The notes beneath the pieces were generated by a model. It saw only the letters and a list, made by a program, of their open reading frames with translations, had not been told where the DNA came from and ran no database searches. This document shows positions 1-9,042 of a stretch of DNA of 38,234 nucleotides, piece by piece. Within the stretch, counting starts at the first letter, position 1. Every line of letters begins with the position of its first letter. The stretch comes from Candidatus Latescibacterota bacterium (GTDB taxonomy: Bacteria; Latescibacterota; UBA2968; GCA-2709665). Made by a program: the position numbers and the translations under genes. Where the stretch lies: assembly GCA_963662665.2 (NCBI GenBank), contig CAXXJS010000048.1:1-38234 (forward strand). Reading direction: 5' to 3'.

Positions 1-597
1 ACGATCATTGATACGGTGGGGTACCTCAATCCATCCCTGCGGGAGGAACGCATCAGGAAAACCAGGCGCATTTCCGATTTTGCGAGAGATCTCGGCGTTG
101 ACAAGGTGGCCGCACATATCGGCTTCGTACCGGAGGATCCGGGTCACCCGGATCACCATGCGATGGTTGCATGTGTGAGGGAAATAGCCGACTATTGTGG
201 CGGCAACGCACAGGACTTCTGCCTGGAAACCGGCCAGGAAACGGCATCCGCGCTGCGCCATTTTCTCGAAATGCTGAATCGAAGCAACGTGAAAGTCAAC
301 TTCGACCCCGCCAATATGGTCCTTTATGGAAGTGGAGAACCCATCGAAGCTCTGGGTATTGTTGCCGACTACGTCGTCAGCGTCCACGCGAAAGACGGAA
401 GGTGGCCGCCAGGCGAAGGACAACTCGGTCAAGAGTACCCTCTCGGGCAGGGGGACGTTGGTATGGATCGATTCATTGCCAAGCTGAATCAGATCGGATA
501 CCGTGGTCCGATCACCATGGAACGCGAAATCCCGGATTGGGACCAGAAGGTGACAGATCTGGTCGGGGGCAAAAAACTCCTGGAGAGCCTGATGTAG
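1..597 (+). CDS. Sugar phosphate isomerase/epimerase family (xylose isomerase-like TIM barrel), 5' partial
   Basis: Frame is open from base 1. Metal-ligand motifs LETGQE, NFDPAN, VHAKD and MERE are typical of AP_endonuc_2 proteins. Confidence 0.85.
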   Translation, partial: TIIDTVGYLNPSLREERIRKTRRISDFARDLGVDKVAAHIGFVPEDPGHPDHHAMVACVREIADYCGGNAQDFCLETGQETASALRHFLEMLNRSNVKVNFDPANMVLYGSGEPIEALGIVADYVVSVHAKDGRWPPGEGQLGQEYPLGQGDVGMDRFIAKLNQIGYRGPITMEREIPDWDQKVTDLVGGKKLLESLM

Positions 598-741
598 CGG
601 ATGCCGGTTGGGTGGGACACACAAAAACGCCCAATCCCCGTATAGTAACCTTTTGGCGGGAGGGAAGGTCCAAAAGGACAACGTCGGGAGAAAGGGCGTT
701 TCTATTTTATTATACGTCTGCGCCGAGTCAGAGTTTCAACA

Positions 742-841
742 TTAACAGCCCGTTGAAAAAGCCCATCCGGGCTGCGTCCGGCCCCTCTGCCCGAATGACT
801 CGGCCTCGCCTGCAGAGCGACTTTTTTCAACGGACTGTTAA
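742..841. mobile_element. MITE-like element, 92 bp between TTAA sites
   Basis: 742-760 TTAACAGCCCGTTGAAAAA and 823-841 TTTTTCAACGGACTGTTAA form an inverted repeat matching at 18/19 positions, with TTAA at both outer edges. Intergenic, no transposase. Confidence 0.6.
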
Positions 842-984
842 GGAAATATGCTATGGCAACGACACCGCCGCCAATATCCCGAATCAGGTGAGACTCGTCA
901 GAACGTGCCTTATCGCGCGCCACCTGAATTTAGACAGCCGCAATATTGTGAGCCGTGGTAACTTGCCTGATGTTCTGTCTTTTC

Positions 985-2151
985 CTATGGCGTGACGACC
1001 AGGATTCGATCGTCTTCCCTCCCTGGCTGTCCGCGGCCGTCCCGGTTACTGGTGGCCAGGTACACCTCACCCCGAGGACCTGCCAGTACATCGCGCAACC
1101 GCCCGAACGTGCCCTGGAAATGGGTATTTCGCGCTGTCACACGCCGACCATCGGAGGACAGGCTTATACGCCAGAGCGTCTGCCCCTTCAGCGTCGTAAA
1201 CAGAAGGCTGCCTTTCCAGGCCGGAATCAGGTCCCCGTTGTATATGTCCGCACCTGCAGGCGCGATTGTAGGCGTCCAAACGGCGAGCGGTTCCACCACA
1301 TCGTTTGACGCACAAAATGCGGTCTCCCCCGTTAAGACGTCATTGTCGCAAAACCCGCGCACGTCTGGCCAACCGTAGTTCCCGTTCCGCACAATCAGGT
1401 TTAATTCGTCATTATCGAGCGGACCGTGCTCCGTGCTGTAGAGCGCCCCGGTGACGGGGTGAAACACGAGTCCCTGAGGATTCCGGTGCCCGAAGGAATA
1501 AATCTCCGTGCCAAACGGATTTTCCTCCGCGGGCTTTCCGTTAAGTTCCAGTCGCAGGATTTTTCCCGCCAGGTTACTCCGATCCTGGGCAAGTCCCGGC
1601 GATTGTGCGTCGCCCGTCGTCATATAAAGCAGTTTATCCGGACCTACCGCGATGCGCGCGCCGTCGTGATTCGGCGCTCCGGGAATGCCGTTCAACAGGA
1701 TTTCAGGTTGGGCGAGCGCCGTGCCATCGTATTCCATCCGGACCAGACGGTTCCGAACACCGTCGCCCGCATTGTAGGAATAGGCCGCATAAACAAACGG
1801 CTGGGTTGCGAAATCCGGGTGAAACGCGATCCCCATTAACCCGCTTTCGCTCAATTCGAACGCATCGATCCGCCCCACATTGACTTTCACGCCCGTCGTC
1901 GTATCCACCCGGGATATCGTTCCGGCGCGTTCGCTCACCCAGATCTGGCCATCCGGTCCCCACGCCAGGTCCCACGGTGTGTCCAACCCCGCGACCAGTG
2001 TTCGCACCGTAAATCCGTCCACCCTGCTGTCGGCCACCGACCCGACTCCGTTATCACCAGACGGATCCACCGGTTGGGAGTCGTTCGCACCCTTTCCGCA
2101 ACCCGCAACTGCAAATATCGAAAGAAAAATCGCCGCGACTCGGTGTTGCAC
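985..2151 (-). CDS. PQQ-dependent sugar (glucose/sorbosone) dehydrogenase family lipoprotein
   Basis: Motifs GLDTPWDLAW, GLMGIAFHPDF, HDGARI, GKILR, GHRNPQG, EHGP, GNYGWP, GRLRDV. Lipobox VAGC. GTG at 2151 with GGAGA SD preferred; alternative ATG at 2214. Confidence 0.88.
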   Translation of the reverse strand: MQHRVAAIFLSIFAVAGCGKGANDSQPVDPSGDNGVGSVADSRVDGFTVRTLVAGLDTPWDLAWGPDGQIWVSERAGTISRVDTTTGVKVNVGRIDAFELSESGLMGIAFHPDFATQPFVYAAYSYNAGDGVRNRLVRMEYDGTALAQPEILLNGIPGAPNHDGARIAVGPDKLLYMTTGDAQSPGLAQDRSNLAGKILRLELNGKPAEENPFGTEIYSFGHRNPQGLVFHPVTGALYSTEHGPLDNDELNLIVRNGNYGWPDVRGFCDNDVLTGETAFCASNDVVEPLAVWTPTIAPAGADIYNGDLIPAWKGSLLFTTLKGQTLWRISLSSDGRRVTARNTHFQGTFGRLRDVLAGPRGEVYLATSNRDGRGQPGREDDRILVVTP

Positions 2152-2229
2152 AAACGTCGTTCTCCGCCGTGACACTGTTCGTACGGGTAAACCCGCCTCG
2201 GTTGCCGGTGTCATCCACCGTTGTGCAGG

Positions 2230-5200
2230 CTAAAACAATCCGGTGTAGTCAATGGAAAAATACTGCTTGGGATGGCCCGTTTCCGCGAAATCAGTTGGCC
2301 ATGCCAGGTCGTACCGGAACAGAAACGCTCCCATATTCACTCGAACACCGAACCCGTATCCCGCCTTCAGATCCCGGAGTTCAAAGCCGCCATCCCGCGC
2401 CTCCCACGGTTCGAAGCTGCCCCGATTGAACGCGCTGCCCACGTCCATGAACAATTCACCCTGGACGTTCTGAAACAAAAGAGGTAACGGCCAGCCCATG
2501 GCCAGTTGCCTCAGTAGTGGGAAACGAAAAGCGACATTGGTCAGCACGTACGAGTCCCCGGCCATCTCGAACACGTCGGCGCCGCGCAGGGGCCAGACGA
2601 AACTGGAGAAGAATATCCGATCCCGCTCAACCGACGCGAACGTGGCGAAATTCGGATTGATTGAATTGTTCACCCCACCCAGGAAGAAGACCTGGCTATT
2701 CCGACCGAAACTGGCCCCGCCGGACATCCGGATTGCAAGCGTATACTCGTCCAGCATCGGAACATATTTGCGATAGTCGCCCTGGACGGTACCGTACTGC
2801 ATACCGGCCCAACTGCCCCTGACGGACAATCGCGCACGTCGTCCCTTTACGGGCCCGTAAAGGGAATACAACGCGTTATCGTCGACAAGCTCCAGGCTGC
2901 TGATAGCGGCTTTGTTGTTGGAAACAGGCGTACCGCTGCCCCGGAGAACCCGTCCGGTGTAGCCTGCGCGAAAGGGCTGGTTAGAGTAAACTCCCAGGTT
3001 TTCGCGGGAAATACTAATGGCCTGCATACTCGTTTCTAGCCGCGTAAAACGATTGAATGGCCGATGGAAGACAACGCCGCCGCCATAGACGCGATCGGCC
3101 ACGACCTGGCCGTTTGATATGAAGAAGTTTCGGGTGTGAAGCGCACTGAAGTAATAGTTGGTCTGATGTTTAAGGTTCTGGTATCCGAGGAAGAGGTCGC
3201 TGTCTTTCAGGGAGAAGCTCAGTCCTGTCTGTATGATGACGCGATGGTCGCCCATCACGTCGGTCAGCGACAACTGCACCAGGCTGCTCACACCGTAGAA
3301 GGTGTCGAAGCCCGCGTTGGCCCCGAAGGACTCCGGTTTGAGTTTCACGCGGTACTTGCTCACGGTGAACTCTTTGTTCCAGTCGCGCAGCGTCAGTTCC
3401 CTGTCGCCGTCCGTCGCCAGCGTGTCGGCGCCGTCGCCGTCGTCGTCATCGCCCCGCGCTTCGGCTGCTGCCAGCGCCATCTGATCCGACATCCACGTCT
3501 CCACCTTCCTGTCCGCCGCCGCCACCACCGCCGTGTCCTGTTCCGCACCGCCGCCGCCGCTGTCGGTTGCAGCGATGGCCTTCACCTCTTCCTGCCTGCG
3601 CTCACGCTGCAGTTCCACGAACGGACGGTCTTCGATGCCCGCCAGACGCTTCGCGTAACGCGTCAGCGGCAGATCCTCCATCCCGCGCTTCTGCTTCAGC
3701 GGGTCCTTCATCACGAAAATGTCGTATCCACCGCGGTGAAACGTGGTGAACGCAACCTTCTTGCCGTCGGCAGACCAGTCGATATACCGCGCCCCCGACA
3801 ACAGATTCGTGATCGGATACGCTGGCGAGCCGTCCACGTGCGCGATGTAGATGTTGCCCACGCCCGTCCTGTCCGAGACAAATGCCAGCTTCTGCGAGTC
3901 CGGCCCCCACGTGGGGTGGCTGTCGTTCGCTTCGCTTTCAACCACGCGGCGGATCCCGCTGCCGTCGGCACGGATCACGAACACGTCATACGTCCCGAAT
4001 ACGAAATCCTTCGACCCGTCATACGTCAGGTCCGCCGAAGGACGGTCCGAACTGATCGCGAGCCATTCGCCGTCGGGCGACCAGTCCAGGTGCTTCTCGT
4101 CATACGGATCACGCGTCATGCGGCGCAGCGACTCGTCAAGCACGTTCACCACGTACACGTCCGACCACCCGTCCTTCAATCCCACGATCGCGATCTCCTT
4201 GCCGTCCGGCGACCACGTGGGCTCGAACAATCCGTCCAGATCGAACTTGAAACGCTTCGTCACGCGCTTCTTCCTCACGTCCAGCGTATACAACGTGTTC
4301 TTGTTGCGCGACTTCGCCGCAAACGCGATCTGCTTGCCGTCGGGAGACCACGTGATGCCGGGGCGCAGCACGAACAATCCCTCGAAGTCCGACGAACGCT
4401 CACCCTCCACCAGCCGCCCCAGATCCTGGCCGTCGATCGCCGACATCAAATAGATGTCGAACGTCCCCTGACGCTCCGTCACGTACGCGATCTTGTCGCC
4501 CTGAGGGGAAAACGATGGCGCAATATTGTAAAAACCACGGCCCGCACCCGCTTCCGTCAACTGCTTCGCCACCTCCTCCGACGGGTGGTGCAGGTTGATC
4601 TCGTTCCAATACTGACGCTTCAACCACAACTGCCACTTCTCGTCCAGCTCCTCCACACCCTCGCCCACCGACGCCTTCAGCGCCTTGTCCACGGAACGCG
4701 CAGACCGGAACGACGAGATAAACTCCGCCACCTTGTCCTTGCCATACTCCTCCTCGATCATCACGAATACCGACTGCCCGCCCTTATACGCAAACGCACC
4801 GCTCAACGCCATGATTCCAGGCACATATCCAGTGATCGTCGCGTGACGCATGAAATTGTCACCCTCGCGGTCCCACCCCTCCTGCGATAAATACTCCGCC
4901 ACGCCCTCCGCAATCCACAACGGCGGCAACGTCGCCGCCTGCGTCATCATCGCGCCCAGCCAACCCCCGCCCGTCCACATCTCCAGCGTCACCACGTGCG
5001 CCAACTCGTGATGAATCACGTGACGGAAATCGCCATACGACCCCGTATACGGAATCACCACGCGACCCTGAGCAAACTCCGTAAACCCGCCCGTGAACTC
5101 CGATTGCTCCGTCGGCGTGATGTTCGTCACCGAAAAACCGTTGTGCGAGTTGTATATCACGATCGGATATCGGTCCTTCAACGTATACTTCAAATCACGC

Positions 5201-5418
5201 TCCAAATGCACCAGCGCCCGCTCAGCCTCCTTCGCCGCAAACTCCGCAGCAGGCTGAGACGCCTTGTCGAAATATACCTTGAAATGCTCCGTCTCCAGAT
5301 AGTGCCAGTCGTAATCGTCATACGTTACCTTGTTCTTGCCGAAATACTCCTGGCCGACAGCTATACCATAGGTGAACAGACTGACAAGAACTACGGCTAG
5401 AAAAATGCGCCCGATCAT
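2230..5418 (-). CDS. Omp85/BamA-TamA family outer-membrane protein with N-terminal zinc peptidase-like domain and PD40/TolB-like beta-propeller
   Basis: AAGGAGGT SD before ATG 5418. Signal peptide; HELAH...WIAEGVAEY gluzincin motif; repeated (W/F)SPDG blades; C-terminal amphipathic beta-strands with LRG motif; ends YFSIDYTGLF. Confidence 0.85.
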   Translation of the reverse strand: MIGRIFLAVVLVSLFTYGIAVGQEYFGKNKVTYDDYDWHYLETEHFKVYFDKASQPAAEFAAKEAERALVHLERDLKYTLKDRYPIVIYNSHNGFSVTNITPTEQSEFTGGFTEFAQGRVVIPYTGSYGDFRHVIHHELAHVVTLEMWTGGGWLGAMMTQAATLPPLWIAEGVAEYLSQEGWDREGDNFMRHATITGYVPGIMALSGAFAYKGGQSVFVMIEEEYGKDKVAEFISSFRSARSVDKALKASVGEGVEELDEKWQLWLKRQYWNEINLHHPSEEVAKQLTEAGAGRGFYNIAPSFSPQGDKIAYVTERQGTFDIYLMSAIDGQDLGRLVEGERSSDFEGLFVLRPGITWSPDGKQIAFAAKSRNKNTLYTLDVRKKRVTKRFKFDLDGLFEPTWSPDGKEIAIVGLKDGWSDVYVVNVLDESLRRMTRDPYDEKHLDWSPDGEWLAISSDRPSADLTYDGSKDFVFGTYDVFVIRADGSGIRRVVESEANDSHPTWGPDSQKLAFVSDRTGVGNIYIAHVDGSPAYPITNLLSGARYIDWSADGKKVAFTTFHRGGYDIFVMKDPLKQKRGMEDLPLTRYAKRLAGIEDRPFVELQRERRQEEVKAIAATDSGGGGAEQDTAVVAAADRKVETWMSDQMALAAAEARGDDDDGDGADTLATDGDRELTLRDWNKEFTVSKYRVKLKPESFGANAGFDTFYGVSSLVQLSLTDVMGDHRVIIQTGLSFSLKDSDLFLGYQNLKHQTNYYFSALHTRNFFISNGQVVADRVYGGGVVFHRPFNRFTRLETSMQAISISRENLGVYSNQPFRAGYTGRVLRGSGTPVSNNKAAISSLELVDDNALYSLYGPVKGRRARLSVRGSWAGMQYGTVQGDYRKYVPMLDEYTLAIRMSGGASFGRNSQVFFLGGVNNSINPNFATFASVERDRIFFSSFVWPLRGADVFEMAGDSYVLTNVAFRFPLLRQLAMGWPLPLLFQNVQGELFMDVGSAFNRGSFEPWEARDGGFELRDLKAGYGFGVRVNMGAFLFRYDLAWPTDFAETGHPKQYFSIDYTGLF

Positions 5419-5966
5419 AAACGACCTCCTTACCCGTGCCGGTATTACGGCGGCCACATCCTGCATCCGGCATATCGTGCCGACGGCTGCGGCACGATCC
5501 GCTCGATTTGTATCCGCCGCCGCATACAAGGTTCGTCCAGGTGCGATGGGGTGGGGGTCGGCCGCCGGGATTTTACCGCCCCCACCCCTGCTCCCGCAAG
5601 AAATCTGCGGGAAAAATGCCGCTTTTTGAATCGACGATCATTTACTCCGGGAAGGAGCCGCCGATCCATCCTTGACGCTACATCACTTAGAACGACGGTA
5701 GCTCCAAATCGTTCCCCCGATTTTTCCAATGACATCCACTGTCTCTTCCATATATTAGCTGGAAGGGAAATCGAATTCGAAATCTCCCGATCTGCCCTGA
5801 ATACCATGTTTGCCCGCCGGAACAGACTGAACATCATCCTGATTTCGCCCTGAACGGGTGAACCGCTGCACGGATGGACGTCAGCTTCCGCTACGGCCCG
5901 GCGGTTCAACTTGAACCGCGGCGTTTGTTCGAACGCCCAGGTCACTTTTCCGGGGTAGCGAAAACG

Positions 5967-7154
5967 ATGGAGAAAATCAGAGTCGGCATCCTGGGCCTGC
6001 GTCGAGGGGTTGCCCACCTGCGCAACTTTCTGGCCACCGAACAGGCCGAAGTCATTGCCGCGTGTGACCGCTTTCCCTACTACCGTGAACAGGCCCGTTC
6101 AATGTTGAACAGGGAAGGCGAATCAACGGAAATATTGGCGGAGTACGACGACCTCCTGGAACGCCGACCCGATGCCGTGGTCATTGCCAGCAACGGTAAA
6201 CTTCAGGTAGAGCACGCGTGCATGGCGATGGAAGCCGGCTGCCACGTTCTTTCGGAAGTGCCGGGCGCAGACTCTGAACACGAACTGGTTCGCCTCCGCG
6301 ATACCGTGGAACGCACCGGACTCACGTACATGCTGGCCGAAAACGCCTGTTACGCCGGTTTTGTGCCTTACTGGCGGAAATGGATTAAAGAAGACCGCTT
6401 CGGACCCGTCTCCATCGCAGAAGCAGAATACCTTCACTACCTGCCGGAAACGCTATTCACGTCGGACGGTAACCGCCTTTCGCCAAGTCAGGCGCATTCC
6501 GCCGGCGGCGTGAATGCGAAACCAATATGGCGTGCCGACCAACCCCCCATCCAATATCTCACCCACGATCTGGGACCTCTGCTGGAAATCCTGGAAGATC
6601 GCGCGGTTTCGGTTACCTGCCTGAGCGCCCCCTGGCGCAGCAGGGAAGCGCCATTGAGATCCGATGGCCAAATCGCCCTGTTCCATACACAGAAGGGCAC
6701 CCTTATCAAGATCATGGTTACTCTGAACACGATTCGCCCCTCCGAACACCGCTATCGACTCTTCGGAACCGAAGGGAGCGCGGAGATGTTCACCTACGAA
6801 GAATGCACCCGTTACTTCGATAAGGAATGCAGTCACCAACAAGGTTGGAGAATTCTGCCGATAGGCCGGGCCGCGGTAGACACCGCCGCGGGCGGCCACG
6901 GCGGAACGGACCTGAAAGTCGCCCGGCACTTCACAGACACCTTACTCGATGGCCGGCCGTCTCCCATCGACGTCTACCGCGCCATCGAATACGCGCTGCC
7001 CGGCATAATCGCGGCGCGCTCAGCGACACTTGGCGGCGCTCCGATTACAATCCCCGACCTGAGACGGGAACCATTTTCCGGGACCAACTTCTGGGACACT
7101 GTACAGATCCCGAAATCAGATCCGCCATACAACGTTTACAGACCTCCCGTGTAA
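5967..7154 (+). CDS. Gfo/Idh/MocA family NAD(P)-dependent oxidoreductase
   Basis: N-terminal KIRVGILG Rossmann strand, DAVVIAS, GCHVLSEVP (EKP variant), YMLAEN, C-terminal GHGGTD. Confidence 0.88.
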   Translation: MEKIRVGILGLRRGVAHLRNFLATEQAEVIAACDRFPYYREQARSMLNREGESTEILAEYDDLLERRPDAVVIASNGKLQVEHACMAMEAGCHVLSEVPGADSEHELVRLRDTVERTGLTYMLAENACYAGFVPYWRKWIKEDRFGPVSIAEAEYLHYLPETLFTSDGNRLSPSQAHSAGGVNAKPIWRADQPPIQYLTHDLGPLLEILEDRAVSVTCLSAPWRSREAPLRSDGQIALFHTQKGTLIKIMVTLNTIRPSEHRYRLFGTEGSAEMFTYEECTRYFDKECSHQQGWRILPIGRAAVDTAAGGHGGTDLKVARHFTDTLLDGRPSPIDVYRAIEYALPGIIAARSATLGGAPITIPDLRREPFSGTNFWDTVQIPKSDPPYNVYRPPV

Positions 7155-7213
7155 TCGATCCGCCTTCATGCCGGTTTGCCGCACGTCTGTCCGGCGCCTC
7201 ATATCCAATTCCC

Positions 7214-8935
7214 ATGATGTATACGTCTATCGAACTCCAACTCCTTAAGAACAGGCTGGAATCCATCGCGGACGACATGGCGCTCACGGTCGTTCGTACC
7301 GCCTATTCAACCAATCTCCGGAACTCCATGGACTTTTCCACCGGCTTCTGCGACCCCGACGGCAGGCTGGTTGCGCAGGGGCTCTGCCTTCCCTTGCATC
7401 TCGGCAGCCTTCCGGACGGGGCAGCCGCCGTCCTGAACCGGTATGTGGGCGCAATCGAAGACGGCGATGTATTCCTCCTTAACGACCCGTATGAGGGTGG
7501 CACGCACCTGCCGGACATCTACATCTACAAGCCCGTGTTCGTCGACGCCCGGCTGCTGGGATTCGCGACCGCAATCGCGCATCATACTGATATAGGCGGC
7601 CGGGTCGCCGGTGGAAACGCCTGCGACTCCACGGAAATCTACCAGGAAGGCCTGCGCATCCCGCCGCTCAAACTCTACGTCGCCGGCCGGCCGGTCCAGG
7701 CGATATTCGACCTTATTGAACGCAACGTCCGGATCCCCCGCAACGCTTTGGGCGACCTTCGCGCGCAGTTGTCCGCCTGTCACATTGGCGAAAAAGCAAT
7801 CGTCGACCTTGCCCGGGATCAGGGTTTCGATCGGCTCCAGGCCGGATTCTCCCAACTTCTGGACTACTCCGAACGCCTGACGCGGGCAGAAATCGCCGCC
7901 TTGCCCGACGGACGTTACAGCTTTACTGATGTGCTTGACGGCGACGGAATCGACCCGAATCCAATCGCCATCGCCGTCGCAATCGAGGTAGCCGGCAACG
8001 CCCTGTCCGTTGACTTCGCCGGAACAGCACCACAGGTGACGGGGGCCATCAACTGTGTCGCGTCATTCACCAGGTCGGCAGTGTACGCCTGTCTGCGCTG
8101 TCTCATGCGCGCGGACATCCCCACCAATTCAGGCTTCTTTCGTGCCGTTGATGTACACATCCCATCCGCCACACTTGCCAATCCGTTACCGCCCGCGGCG
8201 GTGGCTGCCCGTGGCCTTACCGGCTTTCGACTGGCGAATACGGTTATGGGCGCGCTAGCTCAGTTGGCGCCGCATATCGTGCCGGCCTGCGAGGTCGGAG
8301 GAGACACGGGTATTTCAATTGGGGGATACCGTACGGACCGTACCCCGTTCGTCTTTCTCGAGTTCCTCTTCTGCGGCTGGGGGGGACGCCCCGACCGGGA
8401 CGGCATTGACGGATGTGCCAGCATCGTCGTCAATTTCTCCAACAACCCCGCCGAAGTCATCGAAGCCGAATATCCACTCCAGATCCTCGAATACGGATTC
8501 TTGCCGGACACGGGCGGGGCGGGAAAATACCGCGGTTCCTGCTCGATTGTACGCGAATACCGGTTTACAGAAACAAGGGCGACCCTGCAGATCCGATCGG
8601 ACCGCCACAACTCCCGACCCTACGGCCTGTGGGGCGGCCAGCCGGGATCCCGATCCAAAAACATCCTGAACCCGCACGCCGAAGCCCGGGAATTGCCCGC
8701 AAAGACGTTGCTCACCCTCAACAGAGGTGACGTCCTGCGGCACGTACTTGCAGGTGCGGGCGGGTGGGGCAATCCGCTGGAACGCGACTCACAACATATA
8801 CTTGACGACGTCAGAAACGGGAAAGTCTCAATACAGTCCGCCGAACGGTGCTACGGCGTCGTTATCAACCCTGACACACTGAAAATCGACGCCGCACGCA
8901 CGAACCGGCTCCGGTCCCGTGCCGGATCCACGTAA
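7214..8935 (+). CDS. Hydantoinase B/5-oxoprolinase family subunit
   Basis: RTAYS, DFS, NDPYEGGTHLPD, HHTDIGG, IYQEGLRIPP, GGAGKYRG, GAGGWGNP. ORF-track start at 6827 overlaps the upstream gene, so ATG 7214 (or 7217) is used. Confidence 0.92.
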   Translation: MMYTSIELQLLKNRLESIADDMALTVVRTAYSTNLRNSMDFSTGFCDPDGRLVAQGLCLPLHLGSLPDGAAAVLNRYVGAIEDGDVFLLNDPYEGGTHLPDIYIYKPVFVDARLLGFATAIAHHTDIGGRVAGGNACDSTEIYQEGLRIPPLKLYVAGRPVQAIFDLIERNVRIPRNALGDLRAQLSACHIGEKAIVDLARDQGFDRLQAGFSQLLDYSERLTRAEIAALPDGRYSFTDVLDGDGIDPNPIAIAVAIEVAGNALSVDFAGTAPQVTGAINCVASFTRSAVYACLRCLMRADIPTNSGFFRAVDVHIPSATLANPLPPAAVAARGLTGFRLANTVMGALAQLAPHIVPACEVGGDTGISIGGYRTDRTPFVFLEFLFCGWGGRPDRDGIDGCASIVVNFSNNPAEVIEAEYPLQILEYGFLPDTGGAGKYRGSCSIVREYRFTETRATLQIRSDRHNSRPYGLWGGQPGSRSKNILNPHAEARELPAKTLLTLNRGDVLRHVLAGAGGWGNPLERDSQHILDDVRNGKVSIQSAERCYGVVINPDTLKIDAARTNRLRSRAGST

Positions 8936-9042
8936 CTCCTCCCACATTCGCCGCGTGCCATCACCACCCGGATCAGAAATGAAAGGCGGACGATCCAGGA
9001 GACCGGCCGCCATTCAATCAAGGCATTCCAGAAAGACTGCTT

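Noticed and set aside
171-995. 274-aa ORF overlapping the isomerase and MITE
   Set aside because: Alternative frame of a real gene running into intergenic DNA; no transposase or other motifs.
3136-4890. 584-aa ORF on +
   Set aside because: Antisense shadow of the Omp85 fusion gene caused by codon bias; Arg/His/Val-rich with no recognisable motifs.
5445-6017. 190-aa (-) and 100-aa (+) ORFs in the divergent intergenic region
   Set aside because: No recognisable domain or clear SD; a small gene or remnant cannot be fully excluded.
6827-7213. Long N-terminal extensions in the ORF track (here and at 5529, 5874, 11145, 12453, 16049, 16627, 21046, 22614, 34383)
   Set aside because: They overlap neighbouring genes or regulatory DNA; downstream starts fit family N-termini and often SD motifs better.
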